Positions 34,223 to 41,250 are shown, counted from the first letter of the stretch. The stretch: DNA of 64,000 nt from Methanobacteriota archaeon (GCA_016845345.1 JAERSV010000039.1:1113-65112), one strand, 5' to 3'. A program made the numbers and translations. The notes: generated from the sequence alone by a model not told the origin.

Positions 34223-36121
34223 ATGATGCCGGTCTTAGACCCACCAAGCGAAGACCCTGTTGGTCCTTACTCGCGGCTTTCTCACACTCAAGCCGATATG
34301 CATCGCCGATGTCCAAAAATGTGGTATAATCGCTATATTCTTGGTTTGTTAGGTGGCTCCCCGCCAATTTTTGCAATGGGCCACGCTGTTGAGGGAGCAT
34401 TGAACAGAGTGATGCGAGATTCACCAGTATTAGTTTCCCACGATTCACGATCAGAAACTTTTGATTCGCCTCTTGAAGAGGTTGATATTTCAGGCACGGG
34501 AAATGTCGTAGTCAGACCATCGACCCAAACTAATGCAAATTGGCCCGGACTAAGTCTTTCTACCCTTGATAAATCAGAATGGCCACGAGAGCGTCTACAG
34601 ATTACAACATGGGCCAAGGCTAGAGCCAGAATTCACTTTGAAAGAGAATGGGCACAAGCGAAGAAAGAATGGTTAGAAGATCCAAACCGAGTCGGAGATT
34701 GGGATATTTTTGAGGAAAAACGAAAGGAAGAAGCCTGTCAAATGGTATTTGCTGGAATTGAGTTCCATCTTGATGAAGTGGAAGATTGCATGAAAGCAAA
34801 TGGGGGTCCTACATTCAAGGACTGGCGGGTGGGAAAAAATCGCCCCAAATGGCCAGCGCCTGATGGCTTTCCTTACGCCCATTCAATTCCGCATCCATGC
34901 GCTGAATCCTCGGGTGAAATTACTTTTGTTGAAGCATGGGAAGTAGCAAGACCTTGGTTTTGTGACCCTGATGCAGGCCTTTTCGCTCTTACAGCAATTC
35001 ATCCAGAAGGTTGGCTACAGGGAGAATATGATTTAGTCTATAGATGGACAGGCAGCCCTAGAATTCATGATGTTAAAGCGAGTGTTGGCACCTCAGATTA
35101 TTCCTTTGGATACCCTGAACAATTAGCAACTTATGCCTACCTTTGGTGGAGTACGCACAACAGAAAGGAATTGGTTAGTGAATTAGAAATATGGTATCTT
35201 GGAGTCCCAGTTAGAAAAAAAATCAATCTACCTGATGAAAAATCATTACTCAGACTTGAAAATAGACTCAAATCACTTCACAAGAAACTCAAGATGTCCG
35301 AACAAAATCCAGAAAATGAATACCCTGGAAATCCAGCACCGGTTAGGATTTTTGCAGAAGGTGGAGTCCTTACAGATGCGCCACCACTTACTGGGATGGC
35401 TAGATGTGATTCATGTGAGTATCAACTTGTTTGCACTGATTCACCTCATAAAGAAGAATTGTTGAAAGGCGGGTCAACTAAATTTTCTTCAACATCAGAG
35501 GCACAGATAAATTGCACACCTATTGGTGACATTGACCCATTTGTGACAGTTAGAGGAACCGTTAGGGAACCAAATATGGTAAAACAATGGCCAAAGTTTG
35601 AGAAAGAATATCTTGAGTTCTTCCTTGATTTAGGGCCAAGCGAATGGTTGGCTGTTGTAATTAGACAGGATAACCCAAATATTCCATTTGGTTTTGAACA
35701 TGGAGCAACAGTTCGCATCAGAAATGGAATTATTGCATCTGGCTGGAAAAAAAGTTTGGGTGCTCACAAGCGACTTGATGTGTCAGCCAGTGGAACCATC
35801 GAATTAGCCCCCACATCGTCTGAAGATGATGTGGCTTTTGCGAAATTAATTCCAGAGGAGTACAACGTCCACGCGCGTCTGTATAACTTTAATCACCAAG
35901 AAGGGAAATGGGCTGCTAAACTGATAGATGATACTGGTTCGGCATCATTTCAAGTCTGGGGTGGAGATGAAAAATCACGTGCAGTTCTTGAGGGATATAA
36001 CCCTGAAAGGGGTGACGAAGTGGTACTTGTTGGGGCACAGGCAAAGGACCAGTATGGGCAAATTGTGCTTCAAGCGAGGGTTACCAAAACATTTGCAACT
36101 CGTCTACGTCCAAAACCATAG
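34223..36121 (+). CDS. Cas4/AddB-like iron-staple PD-(D/E)xK nuclease fused to C-terminal OB-fold-like region (paralog B)
   Basis: Colinear with paralog A: MMPVLDPPS, HRRCPKMW, AVEGAL, GEYDLV, IHDVKAS, QLATYAYLWW and CDSCEYQLVC (nt 35404-35433). The C-terminal part includes ...AAKLIDDTGSASFQVWGG...RGDEVVLVGAQ... Confidence 0.7.
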   Translation: MMPVLDPPSEDPVGPYSRLSHTQADMHRRCPKMWYNRYILGLLGGSPPIFAMGHAVEGALNRVMRDSPVLVSHDSRSETFDSPLEEVDISGTGNVVVRPSTQTNANWPGLSLSTLDKSEWPRERLQITTWAKARARIHFEREWAQAKKEWLEDPNRVGDWDIFEEKRKEEACQMVFAGIEFHLDEVEDCMKANGGPTFKDWRVGKNRPKWPAPDGFPYAHSIPHPCAESSGEITFVEAWEVARPWFCDPDAGLFALTAIHPEGWLQGEYDLVYRWTGSPRIHDVKASVGTSDYSFGYPEQLATYAYLWWSTHNRKELVSELEIWYLGVPVRKKINLPDEKSLLRLENRLKSLHKKLKMSEQNPENEYPGNPAPVRIFAEGGVLTDAPPLTGMARCDSCEYQLVCTDSPHKEELLKGGSTKFSSTSEAQINCTPIGDIDPFVTVRGTVREPNMVKQWPKFEKEYLEFFLDLGPSEWLAVVIRQDNPNIPFGFEHGATVRIRNGIIASGWKKSLGAHKRLDVSASGTIELAPTSSEDDVAFAKLIPEEYNVHARLYNFNHQEGKWAAKLIDDTGSASFQVWGGDEKSRAVLEGYNPERGDEVVLVGAQAKDQYGQIVLQARVTKTFATRLRPKP

Positions 36122-36130
36122 CATTCGCTC

Positions 36131-36651
36131 GGTTCAAATCTCCTCTCGGCTTGATGACTGATGCTTATTAGCGCCGAGAGAGAGATTTGAAATGTTGGCA
36201 CTAGACCAATTTCATCATCTTTCATCTTCGGGAAGTGCCAACATGCGAAGGATTGCTTGCAATCCTGAAGCATCCCGCGTAGCGGGAGTTCAATTTCAGC
36301 AATTTTGACCTCTCGGTGACAACGCTTCTCATCGATTGACAACAGAGTTGGCGCCGAGAGGGAGATTTCTGTTTGTTCCAGAACTTCCTTCGCTTCGCTC
36401 AGTGCAGTTCTGAACCATCGCGAGTTTTCTGTTGCATCATTGATTATTGAAAACTCGCTGGGTTCAAATCTCCTCTCGGCTTGATGACTGATGATTATTA
36501 GCGCTGAGAGAGAGACTTCTGTTTGTTCCAGAACTTCCTTCGCTTCGCTCAGTACAGTTCTGAACCATCGCGAGTTTTCTGTTGCATCATTGATTATTGA
36601 AAACTCGCTGGGTTCAAATCTCCTCTCGGCTTGATGACAGATGTTTGATGA
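36131..36651. repeat. Array of direct and inverted copies of the tRNA-Ser 3' end, including a 150-bp tandem duplication
   Basis: Inverted copies ggttcaaatctcctctcggc lie at 36131, 36461 and 36611, with a degenerate one ending at 36318. Direct copies cgc(c/t)gagag(g/a)gaga(t/c)tt lie at 36172, 36352 and 36502, and the tRNA itself at 36652. Units 36352-36501 and 36502-36651 show about 10 mismatches by hand alignment. Confidence 0.9.
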
Positions 36652-36734
36652 CGCCGAGAGGGAGATTCGAACTCCCGCGTCACGAGGACAGTGGATTTCG
36701 AATCCACCGCGATACCGGGCTATGCGATCTCGGC
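36652..36734 (-). tRNA. tRNA-Ser (anticodon CGA), class II with long variable arm
   Basis: Acceptor GCCGAGA/TCTCGGC, discriminator G, anticodon arm GTGGA-TTCGAAA-TCCAC, variable arm TGTCCTCGTGACG(C), T arm GGGAG-TTCGAAT-CTCCC. The D stem pairs poorly in my hand fold. Confidence 0.8.
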
Positions 36735-36810
36735 TTAGTAATCCGGCCGAACAATCTGATTGAGATAAGTGTGGTGATGAGTTCAAGTGGGAGTGGCGAT
36801 TCGCCAAACC

Positions 36811-37011
36811 ATGCGCGTGTCAATAACTCACGATGGCAACACCCAGTCGGTTGAGTGTGATGAAGGAATTACTATCCGAGAATTGTTAGTCAAACTAGAT
36901 ATTCATCCGAGTACAGTATTAGCAGTGCATGACGGCACAATTGTACCACATGATAGTCAACTCAATAGTGATGTATCCCTTGAACTCATCACAGTTTCTT
37001 CGGGTGGCTAA
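36811..37011 (+). CDS. ThiS/MoaD-type ubiquitin-like small protein (SAMP-like) ending in Gly-Gly
   Basis: 66 aa, MRVSITHDG...ELITVSSGG followed by stop. The beta-grasp length and diglycine C-terminus fit. ATG 36811 is preferred over the upstream GTG 36787. Confidence 0.7.
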   Translation: MRVSITHDGNTQSVECDEGITIRELLVKLDIHPSTVLAVHDGTIVPHDSQLNSDVSLELITVSSGG

Positions 37012-37036
37012 TCCCAGAAATATCTACAAAATTCAG

Positions 37037-37804
37037 TTAGGCGTAGAATCCTGCATCTTGTTCTGAAACATCAAAGTCAATCGGCATTTCAGCGATTTCA
37101 TCAAGGTCAAAAAATGCCTTCAATTTTTCAGCGGTTTCTTTCGTGTTGTTGAGTTCAAGACCGAGATTTAATTTGAATGATTCATTTAGAAAAGTGACCA
37201 TTCGGTCTGCTGCTACAGAATCAGCACTTGTGCCAACGGTTTCAGCGATAATACATGCTGATGATTGGTTGAATGTGGGAGCCAATGATGACACCATCCC
37301 CGTCATCCCAATAATTCCAGCCGCAGGATGCTCTTTGGAAACTTCAACACCAATATCAGTGATATCTTTGACATCATCTGCACTAGCGCAGACCACGTGT
37401 ACTGCTTCATCTCCAGGCTCTGCGGAGAGCCCTGCTAAAATCAATAATCGGCCGATTTTTGCATCCTTACAACATTCTAACAATGATGAAGCAACCTCAT
37501 ATTGCCCAGCCGGTGTCAACGGCTGAAAATTACTTGAAAGTGTCAAAATTTTACTGCCATTAGGTAACTCAACAGAATGGATATCAAGAGATGGTGGTGT
37601 TAATATCCCATTCTCACTAAGAGTTGCATGCGGTGGCAAGTCAGGATGAAGTAAACGTGCTACTAAATCGCTATCATGTGTATTCACTAGGCTGTCAGTA
37701 ACTAATTTACCAACATTACCAACACCGGGAACAGCGTGTAACATCAAATCATTTTTTGGAAGCTTTTTTGCTCCACCGTACCACACAATTCGAGTCCGAC
37801 TCAC
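37037..37804 (-). CDS. PAC2-family (proteasome assembly chaperone 2-like) protein
   Basis: LMLHAVPGVGNVGKLV matches the GxPGxGxVG PAC2 signature. GTG 37804 overlaps the nop10 TGA (GTGA) and follows gggggaagaggag. The longer ORF would run through nop10. Confidence 0.7.
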   Translation of the reverse strand: MSRTRIVWYGGAKKLPKNDLMLHAVPGVGNVGKLVTDSLVNTHDSDLVARLLHPDLPPHATLSENGILTPPSLDIHSVELPNGSKILTLSSNFQPLTPAGQYEVASSLLECCKDAKIGRLLILAGLSAEPGDEAVHVVCASADDVKDITDIGVEVSKEHPAAGIIGMTGMVSSLAPTFNQSSACIIAETVGTSADSVAADRMVTFLNESFKLNLGLELNNTKETAEKLKAFFDLDEIAEMPIDFDVSEQDAGFYA

Positions 37805-38010
37805 TCCTCTTCCCCCTTGGGGCTTGGTAGGTTTTCCACCCATTTTGGGTCGGTTACTTTTTGATATTCTCGTCGGCGTTTTGCCTGAGGGTCTTGGGGT
37901 GAAAACTTGAGCGGCCCTGCTGCTTGGGCAACTCCCCCACACTTCTTGCAGGTAGTGCTTAGGCCATAACTGCCACAATCTCGGCATTTCTGAATTCTTG
38001 AGCGAGCCAT
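37801..38010 (-). CDS. nop10: H/ACA RNP protein Nop10
   Basis: IQKCRDCGSYGLSTTCKKCGG...PLKFSPQDP matches the Nop10 zinc ribbon plus the PxKFSPxD motif. SD aaggtg. Confidence 0.85.
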   Translation of the reverse strand: MARSRIQKCRDCGSYGLSTTCKKCGGVAQAAGPLKFSPQDPQAKRRREYQKVTDPKWVENLPSPKGEEE

Positions 38011-38074
38011 CTCAGCACCTTACATCCAATTGTAATGGACCCGGTTCAAAGCGATTGCCCAACGAACCTCTGTT

Positions 38075-38866
38075 TCAAACTCTCTCGGCCACTGCTGTGC
38101 CGCCTGCACTTGTTACCACGGGAATTGCTGATGATTCTGCTGCTCGCCATGCATTTTCTGCTGATTTGTAGTCAGGTGCCCTAATTTCGATTCGATATCT
38201 TGGGGCACCATCATAGTGACAAGTCACAATTGTTTCTTCTTTGGCATCAGTTCCTGCTTCTTCGGCCGCAGAAAGTGCTTCTCTGATGATTTCAATCCCA
38301 TCCTCGGAGACAACTTGGATTTCAAAGAAACCACGGATGTTGACAAAAGGTGGTATAATATTCTCAACTGCCAGTTCGATGAAAACCTTGCACCAGTCGC
38401 CTTTGAATCCTAAATCTTTGAGGGCGGCTCCATCGATTGCACATTCCTCAAACGCTGTGTATAGGTCTCCAAACGATTCCACCAATTCCTTTGACATGTC
38501 AGAAGTTTCTGATTCAGACCACTTTACCCGGTCTCCAACAATTCCTAAAAGTTGGGTTGCTCGATTCTCGTTCTTCCACTTCTGCATCGCCTCTCGGCGG
38601 CGTTCTTCACTGACAGATTTGAGTGATAATTCAACAGTTTTCCGGTCTTTCTTGACCTTCATTACTTTGGCAGCCAGTCTCTGTCCTTTGCGGACAAAAC
38701 CACGAATGTTTTTTACCCATCCAGCAGCGATTTCACCTACGAAGATGAATCCCTCTTTATCACCATAATTGTCAAGTGAGGCGTATGCGCCATTCTTTTT
38801 GACTTCAGTAATTACACAAACGACGATTTCGCCTTCTTCGGGCCAATCATCATTTTCTGCTGACAT
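38075..38866 (-). CDS. Translation initiation factor aIF2 alpha subunit
   Basis: The S1 domain is PEEGEIVVCVITEVKKNGAYASLDNYGDKEGFIFVGEIAAGWVKNIR, followed by central and C-terminal domains. ATG 38866 is preferred over GTG 38890. Confidence 0.9.
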   Translation of the reverse strand: MSAENDDWPEEGEIVVCVITEVKKNGAYASLDNYGDKEGFIFVGEIAAGWVKNIRGFVRKGQRLAAKVMKVKKDRKTVELSLKSVSEERRREAMQKWKNENRATQLLGIVGDRVKWSESETSDMSKELVESFGDLYTAFEECAIDGAALKDLGFKGDWCKVFIELAVENIIPPFVNIRGFFEIQVVSEDGIEIIREALSAAEEAGTDAKEETIVTCHYDGAPRYRIEIRAPDYKSAENAWRAAESSAIPVVTSAGGTAVAERV

Positions 38867-38886
38867 TTGATTTTCACACCCAGAGC

Positions 38887-39075
38887 TCACTCAAGAATTT
38901 CAACCACTGCAGCGCTGACAAGTTTTGCCTTGCCGCCTGCTGGCTGAGTTAGAGTAGCCCCACAGATGTTACATGAAATCTTCGTGCAAGCACGCTCAAA
39001 GATAACTTGTTCATTTCCGCAATCACGGCAAGATACACGTACGAATTTTCCTGTCACTGTATTCACCTCAATCAT
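38887..39075 (-). CDS. rps27e: Ribosomal protein S27e
   Basis: FVRVSCRDCGNEQVIFERACTKISCNICGATLTQPAGGKA, with the C4 zinc ribbon intact. Confidence 0.9.
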   Translation of the reverse strand: MIEVNTVTGKFVRVSCRDCGNEQVIFERACTKISCNICGATLTQPAGGKAKLVSAAVVEILE

Positions 39076-39352
39076 CAGTTAGGTTGAACTTCTTTGCTCT
39101 GTGGCACCTTGGAGTGTGCGCTTTACCGGTTTCTGTGCATCGGTATAGAATGTTAACTCGGCGAGTTGGCTTCTCACGGCCTTCTGGCTTTGGACGTGGG
39201 AAACCACGGTAACCAGCAGTAACCCTGCGGAATCTGCGTTGACCCCACTTAAATTCACTTGCACGGCGCTTTTTCACACGCTCAATTGTGTGCACGGTGT
39301 GGCGTCCAGCAGCAGGGCTGTATCGCTTTACTTTTCGTGGACGGTTGACCAT
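39068..39352 (-). CDS. rpl44e: Ribosomal protein L44e (eL42), zinc-site-depleted variant
   Basis: MVNRPRKVKRYSPAAGRHTVHT...KPTRRVNILYRCTETGKAHT...KKF aligns to L44e. Only one of the four canonical Cys positions is retained. SD aggtga. Confidence 0.85.
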   Translation of the reverse strand: MVNRPRKVKRYSPAAGRHTVHTIERVKKRRASEFKWGQRRFRRVTAGYRGFPRPKPEGREKPTRRVNILYRCTETGKAHTPRCHRAKKFNLTDD

Positions 39353-39503
39353 GGAATGTATCACCTACGCCCTTAGGGCGACTCGCCCACTGACGACCCC
39401 TATTTGAGAGTGTCGTGTTAGGCTACCCAATTTGAAAAGGCAAAAATGGGGAACATGAAGTCAATCTTCAAGGTGATGGCCCTTCTCGCGGGGGCTGGTT
39501 GAG

Positions 39504-40283
39504 ATGCTGGCAACGACACTCCTTTGGCAGTATTGGCTACCGGTTTTACTACTGCCACTTGGTATAGGACTAGTGGTTGCTAAGGAATCAGAGCGAAGAC
39601 TTACGGGCAAGGTCCTCCTAATTCTACTGACGATAATGATTATCGCCCAACCAAGTTCTTTGGATTCAACAATTGAAGGCTGGTCTTTACACCTGCTGAT
39701 TTCACTAATTGGTCCGATTATTGCAATGTTGTTTGGCATTTGGTTTACTCTGTTTTCAGGACCAATTCCCGTAGCACCACTGCCTCGCAGTGTGCGACCT
39801 TTTGGATTTGCATTGATGATATTATCAGCAGCATGGTTCGCATGGATGGTGTTTGAAGCCAGACCAGCAATTGACGGGGTTGCAAATCCTTGGTGGCAAC
39901 ACTTTGTCACTAGTTTCCTAACCTCACTAGTTGTAGTTGCAGGATTTGCTGCTGCCTTTGCCCTAATCATGGGAGATTCAAGGCTAAAAGAAGCAGTTGT
40001 GATGGCTCTGATTTCTATTTCCTCTTTCATTCTGTTAATCTATCTTTTAGCAGAAGGGACAAATTCCGATGACCCGGTATTTTGGAGAAGTGCTTCTTGG
40101 GGGGCACTTGGCGATCTTGGGGGAATGTTGTTTGGGAGTGGTCTTGCACTCATGTTTTTCATCACATTTGTTTGGTTCGGCGAAAAAAGATTGGGTGTAC
40201 CAGAATCTGTTGCGCCACTAAGTGAAGATGAAACGAGTACGATCCGTGAAATTATTTCAACCAATGTGGAGGTTGATGAATGA
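39504..40283 (+). CDS. Polytopic membrane protein, function unknown
   Basis: Seven or more hydrophobic helices. The antisense ORF 39461..40030 is compositionally implausible. Confidence 0.6.
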   Translation: MLATTLLWQYWLPVLLLPLGIGLVVAKESERRLTGKVLLILLTIMIIAQPSSLDSTIEGWSLHLLISLIGPIIAMLFGIWFTLFSGPIPVAPLPRSVRPFGFALMILSAAWFAWMVFEARPAIDGVANPWWQHFVTSFLTSLVVVAGFAAAFALIMGDSRLKEAVVMALISISSFILLIYLLAEGTNSDDPVFWRSASWGALGDLGGMLFGSGLALMFFITFVWFGEKRLGVPESVAPLSEDETSTIREIISTNVEVDE

Positions 40284-40783
40284 CGCAAGATGGAGATGTT
40301 GTTCGCGATTGGCGTACTCTCACACTAGTTGTGTTGACTCTAACGGTGTTAATTTTCATTGCTAATATTCACTTAGAAGTGCGCGGAGAGGTTGGGGATG
40401 TAGATATTCTTTCAAGATTCACACACTCTGTAATAATTAGTTTCATTTTTGTAAATAGCGCGTTGTTTTTGATTACTCTAGCATTATCCCATAAACATGC
40501 AAAATTGGTTGAACAGGCGCTTGGAACTTTTCTTGCGGCAGTTGTTGGTGCCTTGTTGTATGGATTGCTTGTTGACTCAGGAATGACTGTTGCTGGTGTT
40601 GCAACCGATGTGTGGTCGCAATTTTCTATTGGTGCCATTCGTATGATGACCGCGGATTTTGCAATTCTTCTCTCATTAGGCACTAGTTTCGGTATTCTTC
40701 TGACTCTTGTGACAGGAAGAGAATCACCTTCTGACCCACTACTTGAGTTAGAAACGACCTCTTTTGAGAACGAAGAGGAATGA
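40280..40783 (+). CDS. Polytopic membrane protein, function unknown
   Basis: ATGA overlap with the upstream gene, 4-5 TM helices, acidic tail ENEEE. Confidence 0.6.
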   Translation: MTQDGDVVRDWRTLTLVVLTLTVLIFIANIHLEVRGEVGDVDILSRFTHSVIISFIFVNSALFLITLALSHKHAKLVEQALGTFLAAVVGALLYGLLVDSGMTVAGVATDVWSQFSIGAIRMMTADFAILLSLGTSFGILLTLVTGRESPSDPLLELETTSFENEEE

Positions 40784-40842
40784 GCAAGCCTCATAATGGG
40801 TGGGTTGGTCGGGCGGCCTGCAAATAGCAGGTGGTGAGTGAC

Positions 40843-41022
40843 ATGAGTAAGGGTACACCAAGTATGGGTAAGCGCCAGAAGAGCACTCACATTCTATGTC
40901 GTCGTTGTGGAAATCACTCATATCACAAGCAAAAGAGTGTCTGCGCTTCGTGCGGATATGGTGCAACTGCTAAGCGCCGAGGATTCGCTTGGGCTAAGAA
41001 AAACCGCCGACCAAAGAACTGA
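40843..41022 (+). CDS. rpl37e: Ribosomal protein L37e
   Basis: [39 protein letters not shown], with the C4 zinc ribbon intact. SD ggtga; a hairpin lies at 40817-40831 upstream. Confidence 0.9.
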   Translation: MSKGTPSMGKRQKSTHILCRRCGNHSYHKQKSVCASCGYGATAKRRGFAWAKKNRRPKN

Positions 41023-41040
41023 GTATCTTGTCTTGTCAAA

Positions 41041-41250
41041 GGTTGACAATTTTGAGTTGAGCACACTCTTTCTTTCAACATTGAGTCAAGCGTAACCTTG
41101 GTTACAATTTTGAGTTTAGAATCCTCTAACTTTCAAGACTGAGTCGAGCACAGACTTGGTAACAAAATTTGAGTTTAGAATTCACTAACTTTCAACACTG
41201 AGTTGAGCGTGGCCTTAGTCATAAAATTTGAGTTGAGCATAGGCTTGGTT
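41041..41250. repeat. ~59-bp degenerate tandem repeat (~3.5 copies) carrying seven phased TGAGTYNAG boxes
   Basis: Boxes start at 41053, 41082, 41111, 41140, 41170, 41199 and 41229 (29-30 bp spacing). They lie between rpl37e and purF. Confidence 0.85.

Noticed and set aside
36151-36171. C/D-box or K-loop RNA in the 21-nt spacers (ttgatgactgatg... contains UGAUGA and CUGA)
   Set aside because: The boxes are adjacent or overlapping with no room for 10-12 nt guide segments. The motif is on the strand opposite to the tRNA. The third spacer copy is degenerate. I retain this only as a remark within the repeat-array finding.
36172-36350. A second intron-containing or permuted/split tRNA gene inside the repeat array
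   Set aside because: I could not build D, anticodon and T arms with canonical loop sizes on either strand. The T-loop-like ggttcaaat lacks a complementary T stem, and the candidate anticodon hairpins have 2-, 3- or 6-nt loops.
36131-36651. Possible CRISPR array (regular repeats with spacers); also considered for 41041-41250
   Set aside because: The repeats alternate in orientation and the spacers are themselves repeated (a 150-bp duplication). Repeat length and period do not fit the 24-40/30-40 nt pattern, and there are no cas genes other than Cas4-like nuclease domains fused to other modules. The purF-upstream repeat is a degenerate tandem repeat without unique spacers.
36070-36807. 245-aa minus-strand ORF spanning the whole tRNA-Ser repeat array, with an internally repeated peptide ISHQAERRFEPSEFSIINDATENSRWFRT.LSEAKEVLEQTE
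   Set aside because: It reads straight through the tRNA-Ser gene and the tRNA-derived repeats. Its internal repetition is just the translated 150-bp DNA duplication. It overlaps the 3' end of the nuclease B gene and has no start context. It is an open frame by repeat structure, not a gene.
37805-37987. N-terminal 61 aa of the listed 316-aa ORF (37037..37987)
   Set aside because: This part overlaps the well-supported nop10 gene in another frame and is Pro/Ser/Lys low complexity. The PAC2 homology begins after GTG 37804, which overlaps the nop10 stop.
38041-38090. ggttcaaa and gtttcaaactctctcggcc at the aIF2-alpha 3' end resemble the tRNA-Ser-derived X repeat (ggttcaaatctcctctcggc)
   Set aside because: The match needs two gaps, is dominated by a CT low-complexity run, and lies inside or adjacent to a conserved coding end (…AVAERV stop). 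It is probably coincidence. A genome-wide search for the X motif could revisit this.
39461-40890. Antisense ORFs 39461..40030 (189 aa) and 40369..40890 (173 aa)
   Set aside because: They lie opposite two plus-strand ORFs with clear multi-helix membrane-protein character and ATGA coupling. The antisense translations are Ser/Thr/Pro-rich with no motifs.
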